The notes beneath the pieces were generated by a model. The model saw only the letters and a list, made by a program, of their open reading frames with translations. It had not been told where the DNA came from and did no database searches. The translations under genes and the position numbers were made by a program. Shown piece after piece: positions 9,167 through 19,033 of a stretch of DNA of 64,000 nt. Location of the stretch: positions 133-64,132 of the forward strand of contig JBBRRZ010000016.1 of NCBI GenBank assembly GCA_038245845.1, given 5' to 3'. Within the stretch, counting starts at the first letter, position 1. Each line of letters begins with the position of its first letter. The DNA comes from Candidatus Limnocylindrales bacterium. Lineage in GTDB: Bacteria > Chloroflexota > Limnocylindria > Limnocylindrales > CSP1-4.

Positions 9167-9388
9167 TCGGTCCCTCACTACAGCGTCGAGCCTACGACGC
9201 GCGCGCCGCCCGAACCTGTTGCGCCCGGCTTGGCCGAACGAGCGAAATTGGTTCGCCATCGCGCCGTCGCTGAAGCGGCCGCGTGGGATGCGAGGCGGCG
9301 GGTTGGCCGGTGTCGCAGGTGCGGTTCTCGCGGCGGCGCTGTACTCCTCCGCGCCAACTCCGTTCGGTGCGCGCCGTCGGCATGTCGG

Positions 9389-9946
9389 CTACATGCCGAT
9401 GAACGCCTCGAAGTAGACGGCGCGGCCCTGCGCGTCCACGCAGATGCCGTCGTCCTGGTGTCCCGGAAACCACTGGACGTTGTCGCCATCGTGTCCGTGC
9501 GTCTCGATCCTGAAGCCCGGTGCCTTCGGAAGCCGCAGCCCGGACGAGAGCCAGACGCTGCCACCCTCGTCGAAAGAGCCACCGGCGATCCTCCAGCAGT
9601 GCTCGTCGCCGACCCCAAAGCCGGCGAGCTCATACCACCAACTGCCATCGGGCCTGGACCCGCCGAGCAGGAGCGTGTCGGGCTCGAACCCTTCGACCTC
9701 GTTCGCAGGGCCGCCCGGCCAGTTCTTGATCCGCTGGACCACGGCGCTCGCTGGCGGGGCGAACATCGTGTTGTTGGTCAGCGGCACCGGGAGGTTCGCG
9801 GTGGCGTCGGCCGCGATGACTCCCACGACGGTCGGCGTGAGGTCTTCGGTCGGGGACGGCGGGTTGGGCCCGCGCGAGCAGCCGCTGACCGCGAGCGCGA
9901 GCGCGAGCGCGGCGATTACGACGAGCCAAGTGCGCGGATTGATCAC
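9389..9946 (-). CDS. Lipoprotein, unknown function
   Basis: Lipobox AVSG-C; GGAGG upstream; additional Cys pair. Confidence 0.75.
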   Translation of the reverse strand: MINPRTWLVVIAALALALAVSGCSRGPNPPSPTEDLTPTVVGVIAADATANLPVPLTNNTMFAPPASAVVQRIKNWPGGPANEVEGFEPDTLLLGGSRPDGSWWYELAGFGVGDEHCWRIAGGSFDEGGSVWLSSGLRLPKAPGFRIETHGHDGDNVQWFPGHQDDGICVDAQGRAVYFEAFIGM

Positions 9947-10131
9947 GAGGACCTCCTGCTTCGCAGCATCCGCGCGGCCGCACTCGTTGGCAAGGAGGCA
10001 ACCCTCACGTCGATCTGCGGGAGATCACGCAAGCACCCACCGCGCGCCGCGCTCCGTGCGCGAGTACCCGTGTCACGGGAAGGGGGTATCCGTTCAATCT
10101 GCGCTTGACTTTGGGACGCTCACCGCGGCAC

Positions 10132-10188
10132 CCCGCCGCCCGAGGACCTCATCGAGGAGCTCGTTGCCGATCTCGCGGCGTTCGCCAG
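10132..10188 (+). repeat. 57-bp direct-repeat copy of Fic gene segment 11015-11071
   Basis: Manual alignment gives 4 mismatches in 57 nt (PPPEDLI/VEELVADLAA/TFA). Confidence 0.85.
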
Positions 10189-10228
10189 AGGCGCCCGAAC
10201 GTGTGAGCCCGGACACCAGCCGGCGACA

Positions 10229-10496
10229 CTAGCTCTCGAGCACGGTCTTGAGGCGCCGGAGCGCGCCGACCTCCGCGTCCATCGACTTGCTGGACCATCG
10301 AGCCCATCAGCAGGTGCTTGATGCCCTCGAGCTCCGCGTCGAGCGAGAACGTCACCTGTGTCCCGCCGTCGACGGGCACAAGGTCGTATCGCCCGTGCGG
10401 GCGCACGGGGCCGGTCGTCGTCTGGAACTCGATCCGGCGCCCCGGCTCAAAGCCCGTGATCTCGTAGTCCGCGGTCACCTGGCGACCCATGGGGCC
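10229..10496 (-). pseudogene. 5'-truncated, frameshifted SRPBCC (START-like) gene
   Basis: GPMGRQVTADYEITGFEPGRRIEFQTTTGPVRPHGRY...; removing one base near 10289 restores MVQKSMDAEVGALRRLKTVLES-stop. Confidence 0.75.
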
Positions 10497-10526
10497 GAAC
10501 GGCTCTGGACGGGCGATCCCGGCGCC

Positions 10527-11687
10527 ATGGGGGGACGACGGGCACGGGCGAGCTTCCACTACCAGGCCTTCGTGCCGGATCCGGTGGCCACGCTCGAGCC
10601 CGAGGTCTCCTTCGTCACCGCCGGCCTCGTCGCCGACGCGGAGATGATGATCCGGTCCCTCAACGATCAGGCCTCGGTCAGCGGGCTCGAGGCGATCGGG
10701 CCCTTGCTCCTGCGGTCCGAGGCCGTCGCGTCGTCGCGCATCGAGGGCCACGACGTGAGCACACTCAACCTCACACGCGCACTCATCGACCCGCGTGCGG
10801 CACGCGGAAGCGCCCGCATCGTGGCGGCAAATGTGACGGCGATGGAGGAGGCGATCGCGATCGGGGAGCGCGACGGCCCCATCACGGTTGAGGACATTCT
10901 GACGATCCATGGCCTGCTGATGGCTGGTGACGAGAAGGCACAGCCGGGACGCCTCCGCACCGAACAGAACTGGATCGGCGGCAGGCTCGACAACCCCTCC
11001 GACGCACGCTACATCCCGCCGCCGGAGGACCTCGTCGAGGAGCTCGTTGCCGATCTCGCGACGTTTGCCAGCCGCGATGACCTTCCCGCCGTTGCGCAGG
11101 CTGCGGTCATGCACGCCCAGTTCGAGACCATTCACCCCTTCGTCGATGGCAATGGCCGGGTGGGGCGATGCCTGATCCACGTCGCGCTGCGCCGGCGCAG
11201 GGTTGCCCCACGGTTCGTCCCGCCCGTCTCGATCGTGCTCGCCGCGCGGCCCAATGCCTACATCGACGGGCTCGTCGGCTTCCGGGAGGGCAAGGTCGCT
11301 GACTGGATCAGTTCCTTTGCCGGCGCGACTGGGCTGGCAGCAGCGGCGTCCGTCGAGCTCGCCGGTCAGATCTCCGCACTCCAGGCGAGCTGGATGGAAC
11401 GCGCCGGTCGGCCGCGCGCTGCGTCCGCCGCGACCAAGCTCATCGCCTTGCTCCCGGCCCTCCTCGTGCTGTCCGCCCCGACGGCACGAGGAGCGATCGG
11501 GACGAGCCAGCAGAAGACGCTCGCCGCGCTCAAGGAGCTCGCGGAGGCCGGGGTCGTGCGCCAGCTCAGCGCGGGTACGTACGACCGCAAGTTCGCGGCG
11601 ACCGAGCTGTTCGATCTCCTCGACGACTACGAGAGCGGCATCGTCTTCCGTGGCGCGACCGCGCGCTGGTCGCCGAGGCCCGGGTGA
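10527..11687 (+). CDS. Fic-domain protein (class II, AMPylase-type); native N-terminus probably clipped
   Basis: Catalytic motif HPFVDGNGRVGR; inhibitory motif SSRIEG; C-terminal HTH-like region. Confidence 0.9.
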   Translation: MGGRRARASFHYQAFVPDPVATLEPEVSFVTAGLVADAEMMIRSLNDQASVSGLEAIGPLLLRSEAVASSRIEGHDVSTLNLTRALIDPRAARGSARIVAANVTAMEEAIAIGERDGPITVEDILTIHGLLMAGDEKAQPGRLRTEQNWIGGRLDNPSDARYIPPPEDLVEELVADLATFASRDDLPAVAQAAVMHAQFETIHPFVDGNGRVGRCLIHVALRRRRVAPRFVPPVSIVLAARPNAYIDGLVGFREGKVADWISSFAGATGLAAAASVELAGQISALQASWMERAGRPRAASAATKLIALLPALLVLSAPTARGAIGTSQQKTLAALKELAEAGVVRQLSAGTYDRKFAATELFDLLDDYESGIVFRGATARWSPRPG

Positions 11688-11713
11688 CTCGTGGGCGCAG
11701 TAGCCTTCGACAC

Positions 11714-12238
11714 ATGACGCGCATGACGGTCGAGGGGGTTGCCGCGCGGTTCGGCCTTGAGCCGCTGCCGGTGGAGGGCGGGCTGTTCCGGCAGACGTGG
11801 GCAGGCCCGGTGGTCAACGGCCGGCCGGCCGGCACTGCCATCCTCGTGCTCCTGTCGCCTGACCCGCGGCACTTCTCCGCGCTGCACCGGCTGCCGATCG
11901 ACGAGGTCTGGCACTTCCACGCGGGCGACCCGATCGAGCTGCTGCTCCTCCATCCTGGCGGTCGGTCCCAGGTGATTCGGTTCGGGGGCGACGTCGACGC
12001 CGGGGACACGCCGCAGGTCGTCGTCCCCGCGGGGACCTGGATGGGCGCCCGGCTGGTGCACGGCGGCGCGTGGGGCCTGTTCGGGACCACGATGGCGCCC
12101 GGGTTCATGCCAGCGGACTATGAGGGTGGCGAGGCTGACGAGCTGGCTGCGGCCTGGCCGACGCACGACGCGCTCATCCGGGCGCTCTGCCGTCCCGGGG
12201 CAGCCCGCCGCCACGCGCCGGGTGCGTTCGGCGGCTGA
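11714..12238 (+). CDS. Cupin domain protein (DUF985 / Cupin_5)
   Basis: PLPVEGGLFRQTW, TAILVLL, FSALHRL..DEVWHFHAG, MAPGF...DYE. Confidence 0.85.
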   Translation: MTRMTVEGVAARFGLEPLPVEGGLFRQTWAGPVVNGRPAGTAILVLLSPDPRHFSALHRLPIDEVWHFHAGDPIELLLLHPGGRSQVIRFGGDVDAGDTPQVVVPAGTWMGARLVHGGAWGLFGTTMAPGFMPADYEGGEADELAAAWPTHDALIRALCRPGAARRHAPGAFGG

Positions 12239-12253
12239 TCGACGGTCTCGTCG

Positions 12254-13243
12254 TCAGCTGGGGACGTCCTCGCCCGCCGCTGTCTCCCCGGTCATCGCCG
12301 CGACGCGCGCCCACAGCTCACGCCGCTCGGCCGCGGACAGTCGCGTGGAGGGCACCCGGTCGAACGGCCGCGGCCGACGGTCCAGCACGAGCCGGCCGGT
12401 CAGCCCCGCAGCATCGGGCGCAGCCGCGAGCCACAGGATCGTGTCGACGCCTTCCGCGGGTGACCGCAGCAGGCTCCCCATCCGCTCCCGGAACCCGGGC
12501 AGCGACGCCGCGAGCCCGGGCGTGTCCGCCCACCCCGGGTGCATCGCGTTGACCGCCACGCCGCGCCCGGTGAGCCGTCGCGCCCACTCGCGTGCGAGCG
12601 CCACCTGCGCCCGCTTCGCACGCGCGTACGCACGCGGCCCGTCGTAGTCGCCACGCTCGAAGCCGAGGTCGTCGAGCGGCAGCGCCTGCGTGTACTGCCC
12701 GCCCGACGTCACGGCGATGACCCGGGCATCGGGTGACTCGGCGAGGCGGGGCGCCAGCCGCGAGAGCAGCACGAACGGCCCGAGCACCATCGTCGCGAAG
12801 GTGCGCTCGAAGCCCTCCGAGGTCTCCGCGCGGTCGGCGAACATCGCTCCGGCGTTGTCCACGAGGATGTCGATCCGTGGCGCGAGCTCGAGGATCTCGC
12901 CGGCCGCCGTCCGGACGGACGCCAGCGACGACATGTCGGCGACGACGGTCGACAATGCCTCGTTGCCCGTCGCGGCCACGATCCGCGACCGCGTCTCCTC
13001 GAGCTTCACCGGGTTCCGCCCGACAAGCACGAGCCGCGCCCCCAGCCGCGCGAGCGAGGTCGCCGCCTCCCGCCCGAGGCCGGACGTCGGGCCCGTGATC
13101 ACTACCGTCCGGCCCTCGAGCGTCCAGGCCGATGGGTCCGACCACCCGAAGAGGCGCCGCCGAGCGACGTATCCCAACCGGGTGAAGGATGGGACGATGA
13201 GGACCTCCAGGAGGTCATCGACGAGCGCGGGCAGGAACATCAC
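12254..13243 (-). CDS. Short-chain dehydrogenase/reductase
   Basis: TGPTSGLG, LVDNAG, YARAK (YxxxK), MHPGW. Confidence 0.9.
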   Translation of the reverse strand: MMFLPALVDDLLEVLIVPSFTRLGYVARRRLFGWSDPSAWTLEGRTVVITGPTSGLGREAATSLARLGARLVLVGRNPVKLEETRSRIVAATGNEALSTVVADMSSLASVRTAAGEILELAPRIDILVDNAGAMFADRAETSEGFERTFATMVLGPFVLLSRLAPRLAESPDARVIAVTSGGQYTQALPLDDLGFERGDYDGPRAYARAKRAQVALAREWARRLTGRGVAVNAMHPGWADTPGLAASLPGFRERMGSLLRSPAEGVDTILWLAAAPDAAGLTGRLVLDRRPRPFDRVPSTRLSAAERRELWARVAAMTGETAAGEDVPS

Positions 13244-13251
13244 ACCGTATT

Positions 13252-13289
13252 GTCGCGCCTATGACCCGTCGTCGCGCCGATGACCCGTC
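13252..13289. repeat. 19-bp tandem direct repeat in the divergent promoter region
   Basis: GTCGCGCCTATGACCCGTC then GTCGCGCCGATGACCCGTC (1 mismatch). Confidence 0.8.
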
Positions 13290-13355
13290 CGAATCGCCAT
13301 TTCATACGAATAATGGGCACACGGTCCCCGAGCCGGACCAGGGAGCACGAACAGC

Positions 13356-13841
13356 ATGACCCGCCTCCACGAGACGATCGAGACCCCGCTGGCCATCGCG
13401 GACGCGTTCGCGTTCGTCGCCGACTTCGCGAACTCCAGCCACTGGGACCCAGGGGTCGCCACGTCCACGCGGATCGACGACGGCCCGGTGGGTCTCGGGG
13501 CGCGATACGCCCTGGGCGTCCGGATGCGCGGCACCGTCGCCCCGATGGAATACCGGATCACGACCTACGAAGCACCGGGTCGCGTGGTCCTGACCGGCGT
13601 GGGGAGCGGCATCTCTGCCGTGGACGAGATCCACTTCGCACCGACTGCGTCCGGTGGCACGCACATCGACTACGTGGCCGACATCCACCTCCTCGGCTGG
13701 ATGCGCCTGGTCGAGCCGTTCGTGGGCGGCCAGTTTTCGAAGATTGCCAAGGACGCCCTCGTCGGCATGCAGCGTGCGCTCGACGAGCGGGCGGCGGCCG
13801 GCATGGTCTCACACGGCGCTCCCCCCGCTGACGCCCCGTGA
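13356..13841 (+). CDS. SRPBCC/START-like lipid-binding protein
   Basis: [31 protein letters not shown]; GGGAG SD. Confidence 0.85.
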   Translation: MTRLHETIETPLAIADAFAFVADFANSSHWDPGVATSTRIDDGPVGLGARYALGVRMRGTVAPMEYRITTYEAPGRVVLTGVGSGISAVDEIHFAPTASGGTHIDYVADIHLLGWMRLVEPFVGGQFSKIAKDALVGMQRALDERAAAGMVSHGAPPADAP

Positions 13842-15112
13842 GGGTCGCCGTCGTCGGGGCCGGTGTCAGCGGCCTCACCTCCACGTGGGCACTCAATGGC
13901 GCGGGCCACGATGTGACCCTGTTCGAGGGAGAGCGCACGCCCGGTGGCCACGTGGCCACGGTCACCGTTGACGCGCCGGGTGGCCCGGTCAACGTGGACA
14001 CGGGCTTCATTGTCTACAACGAGCCGACGTATCCGCGCCTGGTTGGCCTGTTCGCTGACCTGGGAGTGGTGACGCAGCCGAGCGACATGTCGTTCGCGTC
14101 CTCCTGCCGGTCGTGCGACGTGGAGTTCGGCTCACGCGGCGCGGGAGGGTTCTTCGCCCAGCGACGCCTCGCCGCGAGCCCCACGTACCTCCGCTTGTTC
14201 CCGGACATCCTGCGGTTCTACCGCGATGCTCGCCGGATCCTCGATGGCGACACGCCCACCGGCCTGAGCCTCGGCGAGTATCTTGCGGATCGCCGGTTCG
14301 GATCCGCGTTCCGGGACCACTTCCTCGTCCCGATCACGGCGGCCGTGTGGTCCACGGCGCCCGGGCGCTCGCTCGAGTACCCGGTCGATTACCTCCTTCG
14401 CTTCCTCGACAACCACGGTCTGATCGGCGTCGGAAAGGCCCTCCCCTGGCGCACGGTGACCGGTGGTTCCATGACCTGGGTGGACGCGCTGATCCGCACG
14501 CTGCCGGCCGGCACCGTGCGCAGCGGCGATGCTGTGACGGAGGTCGTCCGCCACGATGCGGGAGCCACGGTTCGAACCCGGTCCGGCGCCCACGACCGGT
14601 TCGATGCGGTGATCATGGCGACCCACGCGGACACCGCGCTGGCGCTCCTCCACGACGCAGACCTCGCGGAGCGCGAGGCGCTGGGCGGCTTCGAGTACAA
14701 CCACAACCAGGTCGTCCTCCACACCGACCCTCAGGTCATGCCGAGTCGGCGCGGCGCCTGGGCGTCATGGAACGTCGACCAGTCGGCGTGCAACCCGCCC
14801 GGCGGCGGGGTGACGATGACGTACCACATGAACCGCCTCCAGGCGCTTCCGGGCGAGACCCAGTACTTCACCTCGGTCAACCCGGGCAGCACGGTGCGCG
14901 ACGAGCACGTCGTCCTCGCCCGCGAGTTCAGCCACCCGCTGTACACGCAACGCTCCCTCGACAGCCAGGCGGCCGTCGGTCGTCTCCAGGGCCATCGGGC
15001 GACGTACCACGCTGGCGCGCACCTCGGCTGGGGGTTCCACGAGGACGGCTGCCGGAGCGGCTTCGCAGCGGCAGCGCTCCTCGCAGACGAGACGGCGGCG
15101 CAGGCGGCATGA
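13838..15112 (+). CDS. FAD-dependent oxidoreductase (COG2907; UfaD-like desaturase candidate)
   Basis: [37 protein letters not shown]. Confidence 0.9.
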   Translation: MRVAVVGAGVSGLTSTWALNGAGHDVTLFEGERTPGGHVATVTVDAPGGPVNVDTGFIVYNEPTYPRLVGLFADLGVVTQPSDMSFASSCRSCDVEFGSRGAGGFFAQRRLAASPTYLRLFPDILRFYRDARRILDGDTPTGLSLGEYLADRRFGSAFRDHFLVPITAAVWSTAPGRSLEYPVDYLLRFLDNHGLIGVGKALPWRTVTGGSMTWVDALIRTLPAGTVRSGDAVTEVVRHDAGATVRTRSGAHDRFDAVIMATHADTALALLHDADLAEREALGGFEYNHNQVVLHTDPQVMPSRRGAWASWNVDQSACNPPGGGVTMTYHMNRLQALPGETQYFTSVNPGSTVRDEHVVLAREFSHPLYTQRSLDSQAAVGRLQGHRATYHAGAHLGWGFHEDGCRSGFAAAALLADETAAQAA

Positions 15113-15912
15113 GGTCCCACCTCCTTGAGGGCACCGTCAGGCATCGCCGGGCACGGCCGGTCGTCTACGCGCTCGAGCACGCCGTCTTCTACGTCGCGCT
15201 CGACCTCGACGAGCTCGACGAGGTGGACAGGTCGCTCCGCCTCGTGAGCCGCAACCGGCGCGGCGTCCTGACCTTCCGGGACGCGGACCACTGGCCTGAG
15301 GCCGCGACGGACATCCGCGCCACGGTGCTCCAGCACCTGCATGCCGAGGGCGAAGACCCCACCGGCTGGCGGATCACGCTGGTGACCAGCCTGCGGGTCC
15401 TTGGCTACGTGTTCAACCCGGCCAGCTTCTTCCTGTGCCGCGACGGGACGGGCATCCTCCGGGTCGTCATCGTCGAGGTGCACAACACCCACCACGAGCG
15501 GCACCTGTACACGCTCCGCCCGCGCGCCGCTGGCCCGCGCTTCGTCGCCTCGATGGACAAGGCGTTCTACGTATCGCCGTTCATCGACATGGAGGGCACC
15601 TACACCGTCCACGTCCAGGACGAGCCGTCCAGCCTGCGGATCGCGATCAACGAGCGCCAGGGCGACCAGCCCGTGCTCGCGACAAGCCTCGTGCTCGTCC
15701 GCCGCCGGCTCTCTGACCGGATGGTGCTCCGGATGCTCCTGCGCCATCCGCTCTCGACCCAGCGGACCATCGGCCTGATCCATCTCCACGCCCTTCGGCT
15801 GTGGCGCCGCGGCGTCCGATTCCAGCGCCATGGGCCCGCAGTCGCCGCGTTCGAGGCCCGCCCTGCGGTCGCCCCGGATCCCACCCCCGAGCCCCGGAGG
15901 ATCGCCTCGTGA
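15109..15912 (+). CDS. DUF1365 family protein (UfaO-like)
   Basis: [47 protein letters not shown]. Confidence 0.9.
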   Translation: MRSHLLEGTVRHRRARPVVYALEHAVFYVALDLDELDEVDRSLRLVSRNRRGVLTFRDADHWPEAATDIRATVLQHLHAEGEDPTGWRITLVTSLRVLGYVFNPASFFLCRDGTGILRVVIVEVHNTHHERHLYTLRPRAAGPRFVASMDKAFYVSPFIDMEGTYTVHVQDEPSSLRIAINERQGDQPVLATSLVLVRRRLSDRMVLRMLLRHPLSTQRTIGLIHLHALRLWRRGVRFQRHGPAVAAFEARPAVAPDPTPEPRRIAS

Positions 15913-17153
15913 ACGTCCGTGCCTCGGTCGGCCCGATCGCCGGCGTCTCCTCGCGGACGCTCGCGAACGCCGCTGAGCGGATCCTGCTGGAGGCCGCATC
16001 GCGGATCCGGATCGGCCAGCTGACGGTCGTTCTGCCGGACGGACAGCGCCGCACGTTCGGGGATCCGGCATCCCAGCGGATCGCGGAGATCCGCGTCCAC
16101 GATGCCGCGGCCGCCGTACGGCTCCTGCTGCATGGCGAGACCGGTGCCGGCGAGTCCTACATGGACGGCCAGTGGTCGTCGCCGGACCTCGAGGCGCTGA
16201 TCGAGCTCGCTGCACTCAACCGCAGCTCGCTGGCCATGAACCGGGGCTGGTGGCGGCTACCGCTCGAGATCCCGCGCCGCCTCGCCCACCGGGCGCGCCG
16301 CAACTCGAAGGGCCAGGCCCGCGAGAACATCCAGGCCCACTACGACCTGGGCAACGACCTCTACCGGCTGTTCCTGGACGAGACGATGACGTACTCGTGT
16401 GCCGTGTTCGAGCATCCCGGGCAGTCGCTCGCGGACGCCCAGCGGGCGAAGTACCGGCGGATCGCCGAGGGCGCGGGCCTGCGAGAGGGCATGCACGTCC
16501 TGGAGATCGGCTCCGGCTGGGGCGGCTTCGCCCTCCACGCCGCGGGCGAGCTCGGCTGTCGGGTGACGTCGATCACCATCTCCCAGGAGCAGCACGACCT
16601 CGCCCTGCAGCGCGTCCACGAGGCCGGGCTCGACCACCTCGTCGACATCCGGATGCAGGACTACCGGGATATCGAGGGCACCTATGACGCCGTCGTCTCG
16701 ATCGAGATGCTCGAGGCGGTCGGGGCCGAGTACTTCGAGACCTACTTCGAGACGGTGGACCGCGTCCTGCGGCCCGGCGGCCGGTTCAGCCTCCAGGTGA
16801 TCACGTTTCCCGACGTCGCCTACGAGCCCCAGCGTCGCGGCGCCAACTGGATCCAGACGTACATCTTCCCCGGCGGGCTGTGCCCGTCGCTCGCGGTCAT
16901 CGAACGCTCGATCCACAACACGCGGCTGCTCGTCCGCCACGCGACGGACATCGGGCCGGACTATGCGCCGACGCTGCGCGCGTGGCGGACGCGGTTCATG
17001 GGCAACCTCGATGCGGTGCGCGCCATTGGCTTCGACGACCGCTTCATCCGGATGTGGGAGTACTACCTGGCGCTCAGCGAGGCGGGCTTCGCGACAGGGC
17101 TGACCCAGGACCACCAGCTCGTGCTCGAGAAGGCGCGCGGCGTCAACGCCTGA
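15909..17153 (+). CDS. cfa: Cyclopropane-fatty-acyl-phospholipid synthase family methyltransferase (UfaM-like)
   Basis: GESYMDGQW, NIQAHYDLGNDLY.LFLDETMTYS, LEIGSGWG, SIEMLEAVG, YIFPGG, WEYYL. Confidence 0.92.
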   Translation: MNVRASVGPIAGVSSRTLANAAERILLEAASRIRIGQLTVVLPDGQRRTFGDPASQRIAEIRVHDAAAAVRLLLHGETGAGESYMDGQWSSPDLEALIELAALNRSSLAMNRGWWRLPLEIPRRLAHRARRNSKGQARENIQAHYDLGNDLYRLFLDETMTYSCAVFEHPGQSLADAQRAKYRRIAEGAGLREGMHVLEIGSGWGGFALHAAGELGCRVTSITISQEQHDLALQRVHEAGLDHLVDIRMQDYRDIEGTYDAVVSIEMLEAVGAEYFETYFETVDRVLRPGGRFSLQVITFPDVAYEPQRRGANWIQTYIFPGGLCPSLAVIERSIHNTRLLVRHATDIGPDYAPTLRAWRTRFMGNLDAVRAIGFDDRFIRMWEYYLALSEAGFATGLTQDHQLVLEKARGVNA

Positions 17154-17262
17154 CCCCGGGCGGCTGGCCCACCAAGGCGATCCCGCGTGGCTCGATCGGG
17201 GCCGCCGACGGGGCCAACGCCCCGACCGTCGATCCGGCATCCTTCGACCTGGAGGTCATCGA

Positions 17263-18498
17263 ATGTCGGTCGCACTGCACCCGGTCCACCCGTTGCTCGG
17301 CGCCGCCGAGGCGATCCTTCCCGATGTGCTCGAGGTTCGACGGCGGCTCCACCGCCGCCCCGAGATCGGCCTCCAGCTCCCGGAGACCCAGGCGATGGTC
17401 GCCGAAGCGTTGCGCGCGATCGGGCTCGCGCCTCGCACCGGTGGCACGATCTCGTCCGTCGTCGCGGTCATCGACGGCGCCCGTCCCGGCCCGACGATCC
17501 TGCTCCGCGCGGACATGGACGGCCTTCCGCTGACCGAGGAGACCGGGCTCGCGTTCGCGTCCGGGCGGACCGGCGTCATGCACGCGTGCGGCCACGACAC
17601 GCACGTCGCGATGCTCCTGGGCGCCGCACGCCTCCTCGTCGAGCGGCGTGGCGACCTGGCGGGACGCGTCCTGCTCATGTTCCAGCCCGGGGAGGAGGGC
17701 TACCACGGGGCGCGCCACATGCTCGACGAGGGGCTCCTGGACGAGGGCGCGCACGGCGCTGGCGGCGTGGAGCGGGCGCTCGCGATCCACATCAGCACGC
17801 GCTACCCCGTCGGGACGATCAACCTGCGTGCGGGGGCGCTGCTCGCGTCCGCGGACGAGATCCGGGCCACCGTCCGCGGCCGCGGCGGCCACGCGTCCGC
17901 ACCACATCTCGCGCTCGACCCGATCCCCACGGCCGCGGAGCTGGTCCTCGCGCTGCAGGCGGCCGTCACCCGATCGGTCGACGTGTTCGACCCCGCGGTG
18001 ATCACGATCGCCCGGATCAGCGGTGGAACGACGAACAACATCATCCCCGAGACCGTCGAGATCGCGGGCACCATCCGCACCGTCTCGGCGGCCACGCGCG
18101 CCCTGGCGCAGGATCTCGTCCGGCGCGTTGCAGCAGGGGTGGCGGCCACGCACGGCACGACCATCGACCTCGAGATCGTGCCCGGCTATCCCGTGACCAT
18201 GTGCGACCCGGACGTCACCAGCTGGATCCGCGGGCTGGCGGTCGCGCTCACCGACGACGCGCGTGTCATCGACCTCGCCCACCCGATCATGGGCGCTGAG
18301 GACTTCGCCTATGTGACAGAGCGCGTCCCGGGGATGATGGCGTTCCTGGGTGCCCGTCCGGCGTCCGAGGATCCCGCGACGGCGCCCCAGAACCACTCCA
18401 ACCGGGTGATCTTCGACGAGCCCTCGATGGCCCTCGGCGTGGCGCTCTACGCGGCGGCGGCCATCGACTTCCTCGCGCGCCCGGATGTCGCCGGCTAG
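17263..18498 (+). CDS. M20 family amidohydrolase (M20D)
   Basis: HRRPE, LRADMDGLP, MHACGHD, FQPGEEG, GRGGHAS.PH, MGAEDF. Confidence 0.92.
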   Translation: MSVALHPVHPLLGAAEAILPDVLEVRRRLHRRPEIGLQLPETQAMVAEALRAIGLAPRTGGTISSVVAVIDGARPGPTILLRADMDGLPLTEETGLAFASGRTGVMHACGHDTHVAMLLGAARLLVERRGDLAGRVLLMFQPGEEGYHGARHMLDEGLLDEGAHGAGGVERALAIHISTRYPVGTINLRAGALLASADEIRATVRGRGGHASAPHLALDPIPTAAELVLALQAAVTRSVDVFDPAVITIARISGGTTNNIIPETVEIAGTIRTVSAATRALAQDLVRRVAAGVAATHGTTIDLEIVPGYPVTMCDPDVTSWIRGLAVALTDDARVIDLAHPIMGAEDFAYVTERVPGMMAFLGARPASEDPATAPQNHSNRVIFDEPSMALGVALYAAAAIDFLARPDVAG

Positions 18499-18914
18499 AG
18501 CTCCGGCTCGAGGTTCTGGAACAGCGTGAGCTGGAGGCCACCCGGTGCGTCCAGCCGCAAGTTCAGCGAGCCCCATGGCGTCAGCACCGGCGGCGCGATG
18601 AGCGTCGCCCCGGCAGCGGCCAGCCGGTCGGTCGCTGCCGCAGCGTCGGGGACGGCAAAGGCAACCCGGATGTGGCCCGCGACCCGCCGTCCCACCTCGA
18701 CCGCGTCGATGTGCTCTGCGTGCGGGATGTCGGACAGCTCGAGGGTTGCGCGCCCCGCGTCGAGAATCGTCACGCGCCCGGCGCCGTCGTCGAACGCGGC
18801 GAGCTGCGGCAGGCCGAGGACGTCGCGGTAGAACGCCAGCGCCTCCGCGTAGTCGGGCGCCGTGACCACCAGCCGCATCTCGGGCGCGCCGTCACCATTC
18901 CCCACGCTCGCCAT
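18495..18914 (-). CDS. VOC/glyoxalase family protein
   Basis: ALAFYRDVLGL, TLEL, IRVAFAV, TPWG..NLRL.APGG.QLTLF. Confidence 0.85.
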   Translation of the reverse strand: MASVGNGDGAPEMRLVVTAPDYAEALAFYRDVLGLPQLAAFDDGAGRVTILDAGRATLELSDIPHAEHIDAVEVGRRVAGHIRVAFAVPDAAAATDRLAAAGATLIAPPVLTPWGSLNLRLDAPGGLQLTLFQNLEPEL

Positions 18915-18928
18915 CTCCACGCCTCCCG

Positions 18929-19033
18929 AAAACAGGCAGACCCGGAAGCGGTTCCGTCGCCTCCGGGTCCTCGCCTGATGTCCCTGGCTGGGGACGTCAG
19001 GTTGCCACCAGCCTAGCAGGCGGCCCCAGGCTG
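18929..19033 (-). promoter_or_regulatory. Structured leader with a terminator-like hairpin plus U4 upstream of the VOC gene
   Basis: Stems 19009-19033, 18974-19001 and 18933-18977 followed by TTTT on the minus strand; stems 2 and 3 share 4 nt. Confidence 0.45.

Noticed and set aside
7607-10108. 833-aa plus-strand ORF
   Set aside because: Antisense shadow of three coherent minus-strand genes; Arg/Ala-rich with no motifs, typical of high-GC DNA.
10132-11071. Possible DGR template/variable repeat pair
   Set aside because: Mismatches are not adenine-specific (C/G, A/G, G/A, C/T), the repeat is short, and there is no reverse transcriptase.
10149-11180. 343-aa minus-strand ORF as a single gene
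   Set aside because: Only its last third is a real SRPBCC remnant; the rest is antisense to Fic.
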